From the IMG/VR virus record IMGVR_UViG_3300045988_141012: 64,000 nt of DNA, one strand, 5' to 3'. Below the pieces are notes generated by a model that was given only the letters and a program-made list of their open reading frames with translations, had not been told where the DNA came from and made no database searches. Position numbers and translations under genes: made by a program. The stretch comes from a virus. Shown here piece by piece: positions 1-10,391 of this stretch (position 1 is its first letter; every line of letters starts with the position of its first letter).

Positions 1-136
1 AAACTATCTTATGACGTAAATACTTTTTCAGTTCTTCCCAATTCAATATCTTTAATTTTTCGATGTTCGATGGGGTTAAGTTGTATTTGTTTGGATATTT
101 CTTTATTAAATTAAAATCTATGTAGAAATTTGCCAT
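1..136 (-). CDS. hypothetical protein, N-terminal part only (gene runs off the window start)
   Basis: ATG at 136-134 shortly after GGAGAG; frame open to base 1 (MANFYIDFNLIKKYPNKY...). Confidence 0.55.
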   Translation of the reverse strand, partial: MANFYIDFNLIKKYPNKYNLTPSNIEKLKILNWEELKKYLRHKIV

Positions 137-151
137 ATCTTTCTCTCCTTA

Positions 152-391
152 TTAATAATCATCTTCTTCATCGGATCTTTCTGGTTCTTCCAACTCCATT
201 CCCAATATTGTTCCGATGTCATAAGCAGCCCATGCAGTTGCACAATCATATCCGTCATTAAAGACATCTGGGAAATTTCCTTCTGAGCGTTCCCATGTCC
301 AACCAGTAGCATATTGTTTATAGTTTGCTTTTACCCAATCCTTCAAATTTGTTTCTATATTTTTATCCATAATTTTATCTCTCCTCTTCAA
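152..391 (-). CDS. hypothetical protein (79 aa, acidic C-terminus)
   Basis: ORF track; co-directional and tightly packed with neighbours; no motif recognised. Confidence 0.5.
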   Translation of the reverse strand: MKRRDKIMDKNIETNLKDWVKANYKQYATGWTWERSEGNFPDVFNDGYDCATAWAAYDIGTILGMELEEPERSDEEDDY

Positions 392-710
392 ATTTTCCTA
401 TTTTACATTCAGGCACATCACAAAAATGTTCTGCAAATACATTGTTGTCACTATATATGAATTTATTATCTTGAAATGGGCATCTATAATCAACGCAATC
501 AATCTGACCGCTTTCAAATACCTCTACAATTGCATGCTTACAATTAATACAAGTCTTAGCTTTCATAAAATGTTTACAATTATCCAAATCATTATAATCC
601 GGGACTTCTTGTTCAGTAATTGCACAACAACATTTCCCGTCATAAGAAGAATACATATTCTTACAGTTATTGCTCATGCAATTCATGATTTTCCTCCTCT
701 TGAAACTCAC
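375..710 (-). CDS. Cys-rich hypothetical protein (111 aa)
   Basis: ORF track; many Cys including CxxC-like pairs (CINCKH, CMSNNCKN); overlaps the downstream gene as in coupled operons. Confidence 0.55.
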   Translation of the reverse strand: MSFKRRKIMNCMSNNCKNMYSSYDGKCCCAITEQEVPDYNDLDNCKHFMKAKTCINCKHAIVEVFESGQIDCVDYRCPFQDNKFIYSDNNVFAEHFCDVPECKIGKFEEER

Positions 711-726
711 ATTTCATAATATACTT

Positions 727-987
727 TTAACTGATAGAAACATAACCACAACTGTTCGGTGCAATCAAATTCAAATCAATAATCATTTTCCCGTCAACAT
801 ACTCTTTGTTGATTTCAATATTTTTGATTATAATTGCATCTTCTGTTATTTCGGTTATTTCACCTATGTAGTGGTTATGACAATTTGATTTTTCATTATA
901 TATCATAAATGCAATATCCTGCCCGACAGAAAATTTCAAATTATTATCTGCATTTAAAGTCTTTGTAGTTTTAATACTATATTTCAT
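727..987 (-). CDS. hypothetical protein (86 aa)
   Basis: ORF track; packed minus-strand operon. Confidence 0.5.
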   Translation of the reverse strand: MKYSIKTTKTLNADNNLKFSVGQDIAFMIYNEKSNCHNHYIGEITEITEDAIIIKNIEINKEYVDGKMIIDLNLIAPNSCGYVSIS

Positions 988-1023
988 ATGTTACACTACC
1001 TTCCTAATAAAGTGTCCTAATCC

Positions 1024-1503
1024 TTATCCAAATGTAATCACTCCGTCGGGATATTTTTCAAAGAATTCTGAAACCTTGTCAAGTTGTTCTTTGGTTAATT
1101 TAAAATAATCCTTACGCATCCAACGTCTTAGATTCCTACGGTTTGTAATTACTTTTCTTGGATAATGTTTAACTCTAAAAATATCTTCATATTCTGGGAT
1201 ATCGACAAACAATCCGCTACGACCTCGTATCTCATAAATATAAGCAGAACCATTTAATAATTTTGGATTTCCTGTACCGTAACCAAGTTGCCACCAATAC
1301 TTTCCATATACACATGGAACATTTTTAATAAACGATTTCATCAATTGTTTATATAAAAATTCATTGTTTAATCCCAATTCAATATTTTCTTCCGAAGAGC
1401 CAGTCAAGTCAAATATTTCTATTGGAGCATATTCTTTCATTAACTGAAATTCTTTATCTGTTATAGGTCTACTGAATGATGTATGACATCCCATTATTTT
1501 CAC
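1024..1503 (-). CDS. hypothetical protein (159 aa)
   Basis: ORF track; packed minus-strand operon. Confidence 0.6.
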   Translation of the reverse strand: MKIMGCHTSFSRPITDKEFQLMKEYAPIEIFDLTGSSEENIELGLNNEFLYKQLMKSFIKNVPCVYGKYWWQLGYGTGNPKLLNGSAYIYEIRGRSGLFVDIPEYEDIFRVKHYPRKVITNRRNLRRWMRKDYFKLTKEQLDKVSEFFEKYPDGVITFG

Positions 1504-1539
1504 TCTCCTCTAATCCCTATGAAAGTTTTATTTGCAATC

Positions 1540-1776
1540 TTATTCGTCATCTTGCTCCATTGGATAAATATTGCCGTCTTCCGTAACATAATACATTTTA
1601 AAGTAAACACCACAATCTTTATCAACAGAGGTAAGAATTATCTTTACCGGTTTTTCGCCCTCAAAGTCATCAGAAACTTTCACACCCACTTGATTAAGGC
1701 TTAAAGTTGTAACCGATACATTATTCGGATTTTCACATGCCACTGGCAGAACAACTTTGTTTTTATTTTTCTTCAT
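1540..1776 (-). CDS. hypothetical protein (78 aa)
   Basis: ORF track; abuts the next gene with a 2-nt gap. Confidence 0.5.
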   Translation of the reverse strand: MKKNKNKVVLPVACENPNNVSVTTLSLNQVGVKVSDDFEGEKPVKIILTSVDKDCGVYFKMYYVTEDGNIYPMEQDDE

Positions 1777-1778
1777 AT

Positions 1779-2102
1779 TTAATATTCTCCTAACACTAAC
1801 TCAATATTGTTAATAAAATTTTCATTGCCTGTCTCTTTCGTCCAACAAACATTTGTACCTCGATATTTCACTTTTCCGTCAGACGGAAGAATACCTATAT
1901 TAATAAGAAGCTTTTTGATTACTTTTGCTTGGTCATCAATGTTTTTGATACAACCTTGTCCATGAATATACGAATTTTTAGGAAGAGAAATGTAAATAGT
2001 ATTTTCACCCACATTCACTCTCTCAACACATATTCCATGTTTTAAAAATGTTCCTAATAATGCTCTAAATGTTATTTCATATGCCATAAGCACCTCCGTC
2101 AT
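1779..2102 (-). CDS. hypothetical protein (107 aa)
   Basis: ORF track; preceded by a 136-nt intergenic region carrying the TTGAAA-N6-TTTCAA motif. Confidence 0.55.
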   Translation of the reverse strand: MTEVLMAYEITFRALLGTFLKHGICVERVNVGENTIYISLPKNSYIHGQGCIKNIDDQAKVIKKLLINIGILPSDGKVKYRGTNVCWTKETGNENFINNIELVLGEY

Positions 2103-2176
2103 GTTTTACTCATTTTTAACCACTATATATTGTATTTACATTTTAAATATCATCTATATATAGCATTAAAATCTCT

Positions 2177-2194
2177 TTGAAATCTCAGTTTCAA
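2177..2194 (-). promoter_or_regulatory. intercistronic palindrome TTGAAA-N6-TTTCAA (copy 1 of a recurring motif)
   Basis: Minus strand reads TTGAAACTGAGATTTCAA; intergenic, upstream of gene 1779-2102. Confidence 0.45.
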
Positions 2195-2239
2195 CCATTA
2201 GTCATTTCTTTGGTTTTTAAATTCTTCAAATTTGTCTTG

Positions 2240-2506
2240 TTACCAGTCCATAAACTCGTCTTTTGACATTCTTATCATTTGAAATATTATGATAACGCCC
2301 GATATGTTTAAAATAGGAACAAACATTAGTAGGATAAGAGAAATAAATGATCGAATAAACCTAAGATAATATCGAATATTTTTCTTACCTTTAATATCTT
2401 CCACATACCCATTTCGTTCCAAAACATTTTTCGAAAACATCATAACTCCAAAAAATGTAATCATGCACAATATTGAAAATGCAAAATGCAACTTTAATAA
2501 CCACAT
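2240..2506 (-). CDS. small membrane protein (88 aa)
   Basis: Two long hydrophobic stretches (LLKLHFAFSILCMITFFGVMMF; FISLILLMFVPILNISGVIIIF). Confidence 0.55.
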   Translation of the reverse strand: MWLLKLHFAFSILCMITFFGVMMFSKNVLERNGYVEDIKGKKNIRYYLRFIRSFISLILLMFVPILNISGVIIIFQMIRMSKDEFMDW

Positions 2507-2567
2507 ATACTTATTCTCCTTCCTACCAATCGCAATGCAATTTTCTATTGGCCTATTACAAATTTCT

Positions 2568-2792
2568 TCATTCCAAGTCCTCCATATTATAATTTTTTCT
2601 TATATATTCACACAAATCTTCCATTGTTCTTTTAATATACCAATCATTCTTGAATAACTTATTAACTCGACAAGTACAAGAATATTTTGATCCATATTTT
2701 TTGAAGAATTTTAGATTAACACTAATACTCAACAACGGCACTTTAGTGAATCCATCCGTTAGCCACTTCTTAAACCACTCCATGATTACCAC
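2568..2792 (-). CDS. hypothetical protein (74 aa)
   Basis: ORF track; start abuts the stop of the HD gene. Confidence 0.5.
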   Translation of the reverse strand: MVIMEWFKKWLTDGFTKVPLLSISVNLKFFKKYGSKYSCTCRVNKLFKNDWYIKRTMEDLCEYIRKNYNMEDLE

Positions 2793-3533
2793 CTATATTT
2801 TTGTCAAAAGAGTTCTAAGTGGTTCTCTTGTTATATTCTCTTTCGCCCACGAGATATAACTTGGATCAGTATGAACAACATCTGTCAATTTTTCACCGCT
2901 ATGTTTGCCAAAGGTCAATATGTATGTATCAAGCGATGGTGTTGTATTGGATGTCTCATATCCATTAAACAGAACTTCAATATCTTTTCTACTCGCCAAA
3001 TAGTCTGCCAAATGAAGAATTTTTTGAAATTTATTCGTTGGTAAAGGCAAGACAGTTGAACTTCTTTTATCTGTATTCCATTCGCCCATATGACTTTCGA
3101 TGGTTGTAGCAATCATTTCAACTTCATCGTCTGCCAACTCATGACCTCTTAAATTTCGAATAACATCTCCTGCAAGTAATGGATGATTAAATTTTGTGTA
3201 TTTATTCTTCTGAAAATCTTCATTACTTCCACTCTTTCGTGAATCGTGCATCATTCCGGCTACTCTCATTAAATCTTTCTCTCTTTGTGTAAAATTCTCG
3301 CCGAAACATTTAACTGCAAAGATGTGATTTAAGAATCTGACCAATGCACATGTATGTCTTGCCAATCCTAAATCTCCAAGAGCATATTGAGGATGGTATC
3401 TTCCCGTACTTGATGCTCCTACATCCCAGAAATAATCTGGGATTGTTTGGATACATCTTTCTGCGAACTTTCTAATGTCTTCTGACTCAATCGTATCTAA
3501 AATTGAATTAAATATACTTGACTTACTATTCAT
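2793..3533 (-). CDS. HD-domain phosphohydrolase
   Basis: H...HD signature (RYHPQYALGDLGLARHT ... AGMMHDSRK ... HLADYL); overlaps the helicase gene by 8 nt. Confidence 0.75.
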   Translation of the reverse strand: MNSKSSIFNSILDTIESEDIRKFAERCIQTIPDYFWDVGASSTGRYHPQYALGDLGLARHTCALVRFLNHIFAVKCFGENFTQREKDLMRVAGMMHDSRKSGSNEDFQKNKYTKFNHPLLAGDVIRNLRGHELADDEVEMIATTIESHMGEWNTDKRSSTVLPLPTNKFQKILHLADYLASRKDIEVLFNGYETSNTTPSLDTYILTFGKHSGEKLTDVVHTDPSYISWAKENITREPLRTLLTKI

Positions 3534-5871
3534 TTGTTTGAACTGTTTCCTTTCTTATTTTGTTGTTTTCAGCATTTGTCAATGATTCGCCAATCTTTTT
3601 GCATATATCTTTCAGCAATTTTTGCATAAATGTATTCCTAGCAAAATTCGCCTTCTTCTTAACAGCCAAATTCACCGTATCTACATTACCTAAATGGAAA
3701 CATTTTTCTTTCATTCTTGTCAATCCAACATATATTAGATTCGAATTGAGCATAAATGTATGAGCTTGAGGAGTAAGTAAGATTACAACTTTAATAGAAC
3801 TGCCTTGTGATTTATGAATTGTGATACAATATCCAAGCCCAACCATTTGCATATCATTTCTAAAATATTTAACTATTACGCCGTCAAAATCAATCAACAA
3901 ATATTCTTTTTTGATTGCTATAACAACTCCCGTCTCACCATTTGCAATAAAAGTTTCGTCCATATCTTCATCTAAGCAGAATTCATCATCTACATATAAT
4001 TGTGCGTGATAATTATTGACATTTTGAATTACAAGATCACCTTTATAATAAACCGTATCTCCAATTTTCATATATTCATCGCAGCCATAATTCTTATTGG
4101 CAACTTTCTGAATGGCATTATTAATCGAGATTGACCCAATGTCACCTTTTTTGTATGCAGTTAATACTTGAATTTCTTCTGCTTTGTAACCTTGAGAAAG
4201 TAACTTGCTATATAATGCAACTGCATTTTTGACCATAATATCACTACCAATGTTCACAAATGCATAATCTTTATTGTCGCCAAACCATGTAAATCGTTCA
4301 CATACATTATTAAGATACGGTTTACAAAAACGGACATCTGTTGCTACTTTCATTAACCCGCCTTCGCCATAACGAAACACCTTTGTTAATGTAACAGTTG
4401 GAATAATATGTGATTCCATAAAATCATGTAATAAGTTTCCACATGATACTGATGGTAATTGGGCATTGTCTCCAATCAATAATAATTTTGTTCTACTAAA
4501 ATCAATTGCATCTAATATTCTTTTAAACAAGAAAATATCTGTCATAGAAAACTCATCAATAATAAGTACATCACAATCAAGTTTATGTTCTTCATTATAA
4601 CTCCAAGTGTTAGGTGGCATATACCCCAAACCTCTATGTATTGTTGTGGCATTTTCTTGCGTGTAATCTGACAGCACTTTTGCAGCTTTGCCAGTTGGTG
4701 AAAATAATTTAAATGATTTATTATTGTCTTTAAGCATATTAATGACTGCTTGTGTACAAAATGATTTTCCTGTACCGCCTGCACCATTAAGAATGCATAT
4801 GTTATATCTACAAATATTTTTTACAATCTCTAATTGTTCATCTGACAATTCACAACCATTTACAATATAATATTTTGCACAATCAAAGTCCCATTGATGA
4901 TGTAGATTAATCAATCCTAACATTATATTCTCTGCTATATATTTTTCTATTTCATATGTAGACTTCAATGATACAGCCATGGAATCTTTATTGTAATAAA
5001 TACTTTCATGTTTCATACATTCAACAAAATGATTAGAGCATGCCGGAACCATTTTCATACATTGATTTCTTAAATCATTAATTGACATCAATGTATGTCC
5101 TTCTTCTTCATTTTTTTCTAAAAGATACAACATACACGACAAACATCTATGCTTGCTGGTTTTTAAATCTGTATCAAATTCAATAATAATATCTTTATTA
5201 TTTTTTTTATTCTCTTTTGATATTTTTTCAAGTTCTAATAGAATTCCGTCGGCAGTTGTAAACCCAACCTTTGCCAATCCACACAAACATTTATATGGGT
5301 CTTCACGAAGTTTTTTCTTTATCATATTAACAGAAGTATATTTCTCATATAATTTCTTTAACATGGAAAGACTTAATAAGCCTTGAAACTCAATTACTAA
5401 CTCAGCCAAGCAAAAATTCTCAATAATTTTTTCTTTAATAATATTGAATGTGTACTCTTTAATACCAGGCAATTTATTTAAGTCTATATCTTCAAGGCGG
5501 TCGTTCATTACCCTGTCAACAATATCAGGGTAAATTTCATATAATGTGTTTGTCTGTTTCAAAGTGAGTATCTCCTCTAAAAATATATACATATCTGAAG
5601 CTGATTTTGGCTTGTCTCTTCTTATATTAAGAACTTTATAACTATATCCATATTTTGTATTCTGTTCGATTGCTTTGATTTCATATTCTATACCAATTCC
5701 TAATTCATGCATTTCTCCTGTTATTGTTGCGTTTCCGTACTTTGTAAATTTAATTTCTGGGTAAATTTCTTTATCAACATCTAGTGCATAAATTTTATAG
5801 TCGCCACCATCATAGGTTTGTCTTATAACTCTTCCTTTGAAAATAATTTCCTTGTCTTCTTTTTCTTTCAA
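3526..5871 (-). CDS. RecD-like SF1 DNA helicase
   Basis: 781 aa; Walker A NGAGGTGKSF, Walker B LIIDEFSM, C-terminal ITIHKSQGSS motif. Confidence 0.85.
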   Translation of the reverse strand: MKEKEDKEIIFKGRVIRQTYDGGDYKIYALDVDKEIYPEIKFTKYGNATITGEMHELGIGIEYEIKAIEQNTKYGYSYKVLNIRRDKPKSASDMYIFLEEILTLKQTNTLYEIYPDIVDRVMNDRLEDIDLNKLPGIKEYTFNIIKEKIIENFCLAELVIEFQGLLSLSMLKKLYEKYTSVNMIKKKLREDPYKCLCGLAKVGFTTADGILLELEKISKENKKNNKDIIIEFDTDLKTSKHRCLSCMLYLLEKNEEEGHTLMSINDLRNQCMKMVPACSNHFVECMKHESIYYNKDSMAVSLKSTYEIEKYIAENIMLGLINLHHQWDFDCAKYYIVNGCELSDEQLEIVKNICRYNICILNGAGGTGKSFCTQAVINMLKDNNKSFKLFSPTGKAAKVLSDYTQENATTIHRGLGYMPPNTWSYNEEHKLDCDVLIIDEFSMTDIFLFKRILDAIDFSRTKLLLIGDNAQLPSVSCGNLLHDFMESHIIPTVTLTKVFRYGEGGLMKVATDVRFCKPYLNNVCERFTWFGDNKDYAFVNIGSDIMVKNAVALYSKLLSQGYKAEEIQVLTAYKKGDIGSISINNAIQKVANKNYGCDEYMKIGDTVYYKGDLVIQNVNNYHAQLYVDDEFCLDEDMDETFIANGETGVVIAIKKEYLLIDFDGVIVKYFRNDMQMVGLGYCITIHKSQGSSIKVVILLTPQAHTFMLNSNLIYVGLTRMKEKCFHLGNVDTVNLAVKKKANFARNTFMQKLLKDICKKIGESLTNAENNKIRKETVQTNE

Positions 5872-8800
5872 CTTTTTATCACCTCATACTCCGTTAAGAC
5901 ATCTTCGGTTTCATCTGTTACACTCCATTTACCATCAGTAAACTTCTTTTTAAATTCTGGCATAAATTCTTTTATTTTTAATACCGAATATAAGCCAAAT
6001 GGATTTTCCTTAAATATTTTACTTTGTTTAATCCTAGAATGAACTTCTTCACCGGTCTTTATTTTTCGAGCCGTAAAATATGGTTTAGTCGTATCTTTGT
6101 AGGTTTTATAATCTACAATAATATAATAGTCATTTCCAACTTGTTTATTTGTATAAACGACCATCTCAAGATGTTCCTTTTCAAACTTAACCATTTCAAT
6201 AATACCCATTTCTATATTTTCTAAATTCTTGCACAATTCTGTAATCAATCCTATATTATCAATACCTTTGAATAAAGAAGGTGTTTCTTTTTCAGAATAT
6301 TTTTTTGCAATAAATTCTGAAATTCCCAAAGATTCTAATTTTGATCTGTTAATTTGTTTACATGATGAGAATTTATTATAGATATTTATAACATTAAGAA
6401 GATATTTGTTTTTGCCAAACTCAGAGAAGAAATTAAGACCTGTTAATATTTCTAATTGTCTAGTATTTACAGATGTTTTACTTTTAATATCCGCAATCAA
6501 TTCAATAAATGAATTATATTTATTGTTTCTTAATGAATATAATTCATCAGCTATAATACTGTTACAAAATTTGATAGAAGCGATTCCTTGATATATTTTA
6601 TTATTCTCTTTATCAAATTCATATTCCGCTCTTGATTTTCTGAATTTAATTGGCTCAATTACATATCCTTTTGATATCGCATATTCTTTTATATTCAATG
6701 ATTTTTCTTTGTCTGATACATAGATGTTTAAAGCAGATGTGATAGTTTCTAAAGTATAATAATGTCTAAGATAGGCACAAGCAAAGCCAAGAAATGTGTA
6801 TGGATCAGCATGGTTTTTTGAGAACAAATAATCCGATGCATCAATAATAACTTGCAAGAAATTTCCGATAAGTTTTTCAGCCTCGCCCTTTTCTACTCCA
6901 TATTCTTCTTTCATTGTTTGCACAAAGCCTTTAATGTAATGTGTTTTGTTACTAGTTAAATATCCTCCATCTTTTATAATAGGGATATCAGTCTCTGTTC
7001 CTGTTTTCTTACTAAAATGTCTTCTAACGACATCGGCTTCGCCCATTGTAAATCCACAAAACTTATGTAAAAATTCAATAATCTGTTCTTGATATACCAA
7101 ATAACCTAATGTTGGAGCAAGGAAATCATTTAATGCAGGATGTCCATTATCTCTATAAATTCCTTGTGATAATTCTGTTCGATACGATTCGCCTGCCGGT
7201 CTAATAGCACCATTTGCCATGCTCATCAAGTCAATATATGAGAAATTTGGATTATTCTTTTTTATGTTTTTAATTGTAGATTCTCGAAGAATATCTCTAA
7301 GGTACGAACCTGCAAAATCTGACTCAAATTGAAAAATAAGAGTCGTGTCTTTCGAAATATCATCCCATACAGCCTTGTCATTAAAATCAAGATTGTCAGG
7401 TGTTAAAAATGGAATATTTGCTGCCTTGCAAGTCCTATCTATAAGTCCCACACAGTCCAAACCCAACACGTCTAATTTAACATAATTAAGCGAATCAATT
7501 TCTTTCATATTTATTTGTGAAATAGGTTTATCGTCAGAAGAAATATATAATGTTCCAAATGCCTTGTCCACTTCATGTGGAGAAACCACAAGTCCCGCTG
7601 CATGTCTACCCAAAGAAGTGATAGTTCCAGTGACTATATCAACATATTCGAATAACTGCTTATGTTTTTCTCTAATCTTATCTTCAACAAATTCCTTTTT
7701 GTTTTCATCTTCTTGTACTAAATTACACAATTCTTGCGTTTCTTGGAGTGTCATTCCTAAAGCTCTGCCAACGTCTTTAATTGCGCCACGCATTTTAATT
7801 GTATTAAATGTCACAATATTGCAACAATATAAGCCATCTTTTTCAAAAAGATATTTTCTAACTTTCCATCGATCTTCGCTAAACCAATCAGAATCAACGT
7901 CAGCAAGACTTATACGTTCTTTATTCATAAAACGCTCAAAATTCAAGTTATATTTAATACTATCTACATCAGTAATTCCCAAAAGGTATGCTATAATACT
8001 TCCCGAAACTGAACCTCTTGAATATCCATAATGAACACCTTGTTTTCTAAGTTCTCGCTTGTAATCTTCTTCTAATAGCATAAAGTCAATAGCATCATTA
8101 TGTTTATACGTTTCAAGTTCATATATAATTTTATCTTTATATTGCTGAAAATTTTTATATTTATCAACCCCACGTTGCTTTATGCCTTCTAAAATTTTTT
8201 GCTTAAATACTGCCATTGAATCGTTGTATAATTTAGGATATTTTTTAGAATAATCTAATGAAAATTCTTCAATACTATCAGCCATAACATTTGTATTTTC
8301 AATTGCTGTTAGATAGACATTTTTTGATAGTGCATCTTGTTTTTCATATGCAGACACTAATTCATCATAGGTTTTAAAAGTCAAATCCCAATTACTTTCC
8401 GAATCAAAATTAACACCTTTAGACTTCTGCATAATTGCTCTACCTCGTAAATGATTATCATTTAAAGCATGTGTATCTGTGCCTGCAATTAGTGGAATGT
8501 CGTATTTTTGAGAAATCACATTTAAAAATTGATTATATTTTATTTGCATATCATCATTGTGATGCTGTATTTCAAGATAGCATCTATCCTTATTTTCAAT
8601 AAGAAACTTCAAAAATGCCTCTTTAATTTTAGGTGTGCCACTAGCCAAGATGCCTCCGATACAAGCAGTACATATAATAATATTATTAGAAGTAGACACT
8701 AACTCATCAAATGAAATTCGTGGATTGTAATAAAAATGTCCATCTCTTTGAAAGGCTTTTGATGATAGGTGATTTAATTCAATTACACCATCATAATTTT

Positions 8801-9191
8801 TAGCAATCAAAACCACATGATAATTATCTCTCTTTTGAGTTCTATTATCTTCAATATATTTTTTAATTTTGACTTGCATTTCTTTCTCATCAGTATCTGC
8901 CGTAGATTCATACATTTCATTTGGTATTTCTGGTTCAAAATACAATTTTTCAGTTACATAAAATTCTTCTGCATGAATATATTTCATTCCGTTTTCTTCT
9001 ATTTTGTTTTTTTTATGTACCCATTCAAGTATTGAACCGTGTTCAGCAAACCCCATTGCTTTCATACCACATTTTTTTGCTGCTTCGATATATTCATAAT
9101 ATTTAGTTACGCTATCAATATTTGTTACACCATTTGACAAATCGCTATGTAAATGATATATTGTGTAATTCTTATTCGATATTGTTCTCAT
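5868..9191 (-). CDS. DNA polymerase III alpha subunit (DnaE-like, PHP domain)
   Basis: 1107 aa; N-terminal PHP motifs HLHSDLSNG and FAEHGS; length and layout of C-family polymerases. Confidence 0.85.
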   Translation of the reverse strand: MRTISNKNYTIYHLHSDLSNGVTNIDSVTKYYEYIEAAKKCGMKAMGFAEHGSILEWVHKKNKIEENGMKYIHAEEFYVTEKLYFEPEIPNEMYESTADTDEKEMQVKIKKYIEDNRTQKRDNYHVVLIAKNYDGVIELNHLSSKAFQRDGHFYYNPRISFDELVSTSNNIIICTACIGGILASGTPKIKEAFLKFLIENKDRCYLEIQHHNDDMQIKYNQFLNVISQKYDIPLIAGTDTHALNDNHLRGRAIMQKSKGVNFDSESNWDLTFKTYDELVSAYEKQDALSKNVYLTAIENTNVMADSIEEFSLDYSKKYPKLYNDSMAVFKQKILEGIKQRGVDKYKNFQQYKDKIIYELETYKHNDAIDFMLLEEDYKRELRKQGVHYGYSRGSVSGSIIAYLLGITDVDSIKYNLNFERFMNKERISLADVDSDWFSEDRWKVRKYLFEKDGLYCCNIVTFNTIKMRGAIKDVGRALGMTLQETQELCNLVQEDENKKEFVEDKIREKHKQLFEYVDIVTGTITSLGRHAAGLVVSPHEVDKAFGTLYISSDDKPISQINMKEIDSLNYVKLDVLGLDCVGLIDRTCKAANIPFLTPDNLDFNDKAVWDDISKDTTLIFQFESDFAGSYLRDILRESTIKNIKKNNPNFSYIDLMSMANGAIRPAGESYRTELSQGIYRDNGHPALNDFLAPTLGYLVYQEQIIEFLHKFCGFTMGEADVVRRHFSKKTGTETDIPIIKDGGYLTSNKTHYIKGFVQTMKEEYGVEKGEAEKLIGNFLQVIIDASDYLFSKNHADPYTFLGFACAYLRHYYTLETITSALNIYVSDKEKSLNIKEYAISKGYVIEPIKFRKSRAEYEFDKENNKIYQGIASIKFCNSIIADELYSLRNNKYNSFIELIADIKSKTSVNTRQLEILTGLNFFSEFGKNKYLLNVINIYNKFSSCKQINRSKLESLGISEFIAKKYSEKETPSLFKGIDNIGLITELCKNLENIEMGIIEMVKFEKEHLEMVVYTNKQVGNDYYIIVDYKTYKDTTKPYFTARKIKTGEEVHSRIKQSKIFKENPFGLYSVLKIKEFMPEFKKKFTDGKWSVTDETEDVLTEYEVIKS

Positions 9192-9197
9192 CTCCTT

Positions 9198-10391
9198 CTA
9201 CAGTTGCTCCAACCAAGACAAATCTTCTTTTTCAACTGTATTATTCTCTGTTGACAACTTTTCTTTTTTTACATCTGTTCCTAAACCATCGAAAAAACTT
9301 CCCCCATTTTTCTTAGATTCTAGTTTATCTAAATATAATTTATATGGCTTATGGAGTTTTGGCGAATATGCACATAATGTTGAAAAATAATAACTTTGCT
9401 TTGCTACCTGCTCAGGAGAGTCGTAAAAAATCATTTCATCATGACTTTCATAATATTTATTCTCCATATTTTCAATCTTATCAATTGTATTTATTATATC
9501 TGCCGTCCACCTATCAATTAAGTCTTGTGTTAAATCAACATAAACTATACAATCATGAAATACAAAATTTGCTTGTACATCTTGAGGCAAACAGTTAATA
9601 TCATTTGTCTGTGCCAACATATCAAGATATTCTATAAGTTTATCTTCATAACCACATTTTTTTAACCACATTTTTGCACTTGATTGTAATTTTGAACCAA
9701 TCTCACATCTTTCGATTTCTCTTGTTGTCCATTTGCCATTAGCCTGTTTACAATCTACTTTTACATATTTTAAAAAGTCCCAACAGATTTTTATTTTCTC
9801 AAACGGCACACCCATTTGATGTAATCCAATAGCATATACAACCAATTGCCCACATTCATTAAGTGCCTTTTCGCCTTTATAAATACTACTAGTTTTCCAA
9901 TCTAAAATATTGTAATTGCCGTCTTTATCTTTATAACATGCATCTATATATCCTTGAAAGACATTTTTGCCAACTAATGCAGTAATAAATTGCTCAATTT
10001 GCATTTTGTGAGGAATCATAATATGATGATTAAAGAAGTGTTTAAGATTTTTATAATACTTATCAGATATTTTCTTATTTTTTCCAGAGTCATTTCTATC
10101 GAACTTTAATTCTGCAATATTAGCAGTAATCCATGCATCTTCAAAATCTGAATCCATATTTTCATATTCAATTTTACCCGTGTATAAACTCTCCATAATG
10201 TCATGAGCCATACCACCGGTTGTTGTATAAATACAATCTTGTCTATCTTCTGGTTTCTTGATTATATATTTTAAATAATACTCATATGGACTATTATGAT
10301 AAGTATTAAATTTACTCCAACTCCACAAACGATTTACATTATATTTCTTTGTTATTTCTTTTAATTCTTCTTTCGTCTTTCTTCCCATCAA
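9198..10391 (-). CDS. PD-(D/E)XK family nuclease (RecB/Cas4-like exonuclease)
   Basis: 397 aa; YIDACYKD...ILDWKTS fits the D...(D/E)xK core; 4-nt overlap with the primase gene. Confidence 0.65.
   Translation of the reverse strand: MMGRKTKEELKEITKKYNVNRLWSWSKFNTYHNSPYEYYLKYIIKKPEDRQDCIYTTTGGMAHDIMESLYTGKIEYENMDSDFEDAWITANIAELKFDRNDSGKNKKISDKYYKNLKHFFNHHIMIPHKMQIEQFITALVGKNVFQGYIDACYKDKDGNYNILDWKTSSIYKGEKALNECGQLVVYAIGLHQMGVPFEKIKICWDFLKYVKVDCKQANGKWTTREIERCEIGSKLQSSAKMWLKKCGYEDKLIEYLDMLAQTNDINCLPQDVQANFVFHDCIVYVDLTQDLIDRWTADIINTIDKIENMENKYYESHDEMIFYDSPEQVAKQSYYFSTLCAYSPKLHKPYKLYLDKLESKKNGGSFFDGLGTDVKKEKLSTENNTVEKEDLSWLEQL

Noticed and set aside
118-312. 64-aa minus-strand ORF overlapping 152-391
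   Set aside because: It is an alternative frame of a better-placed ORF and has no independent start signal.
7564-8031. 155-aa plus-strand ORF
   Set aside because: It lies entirely antisense inside the Pol III alpha gene and has low-complexity Ser/Leu-rich content. It is a shadow ORF typical of AT-rich DNA.
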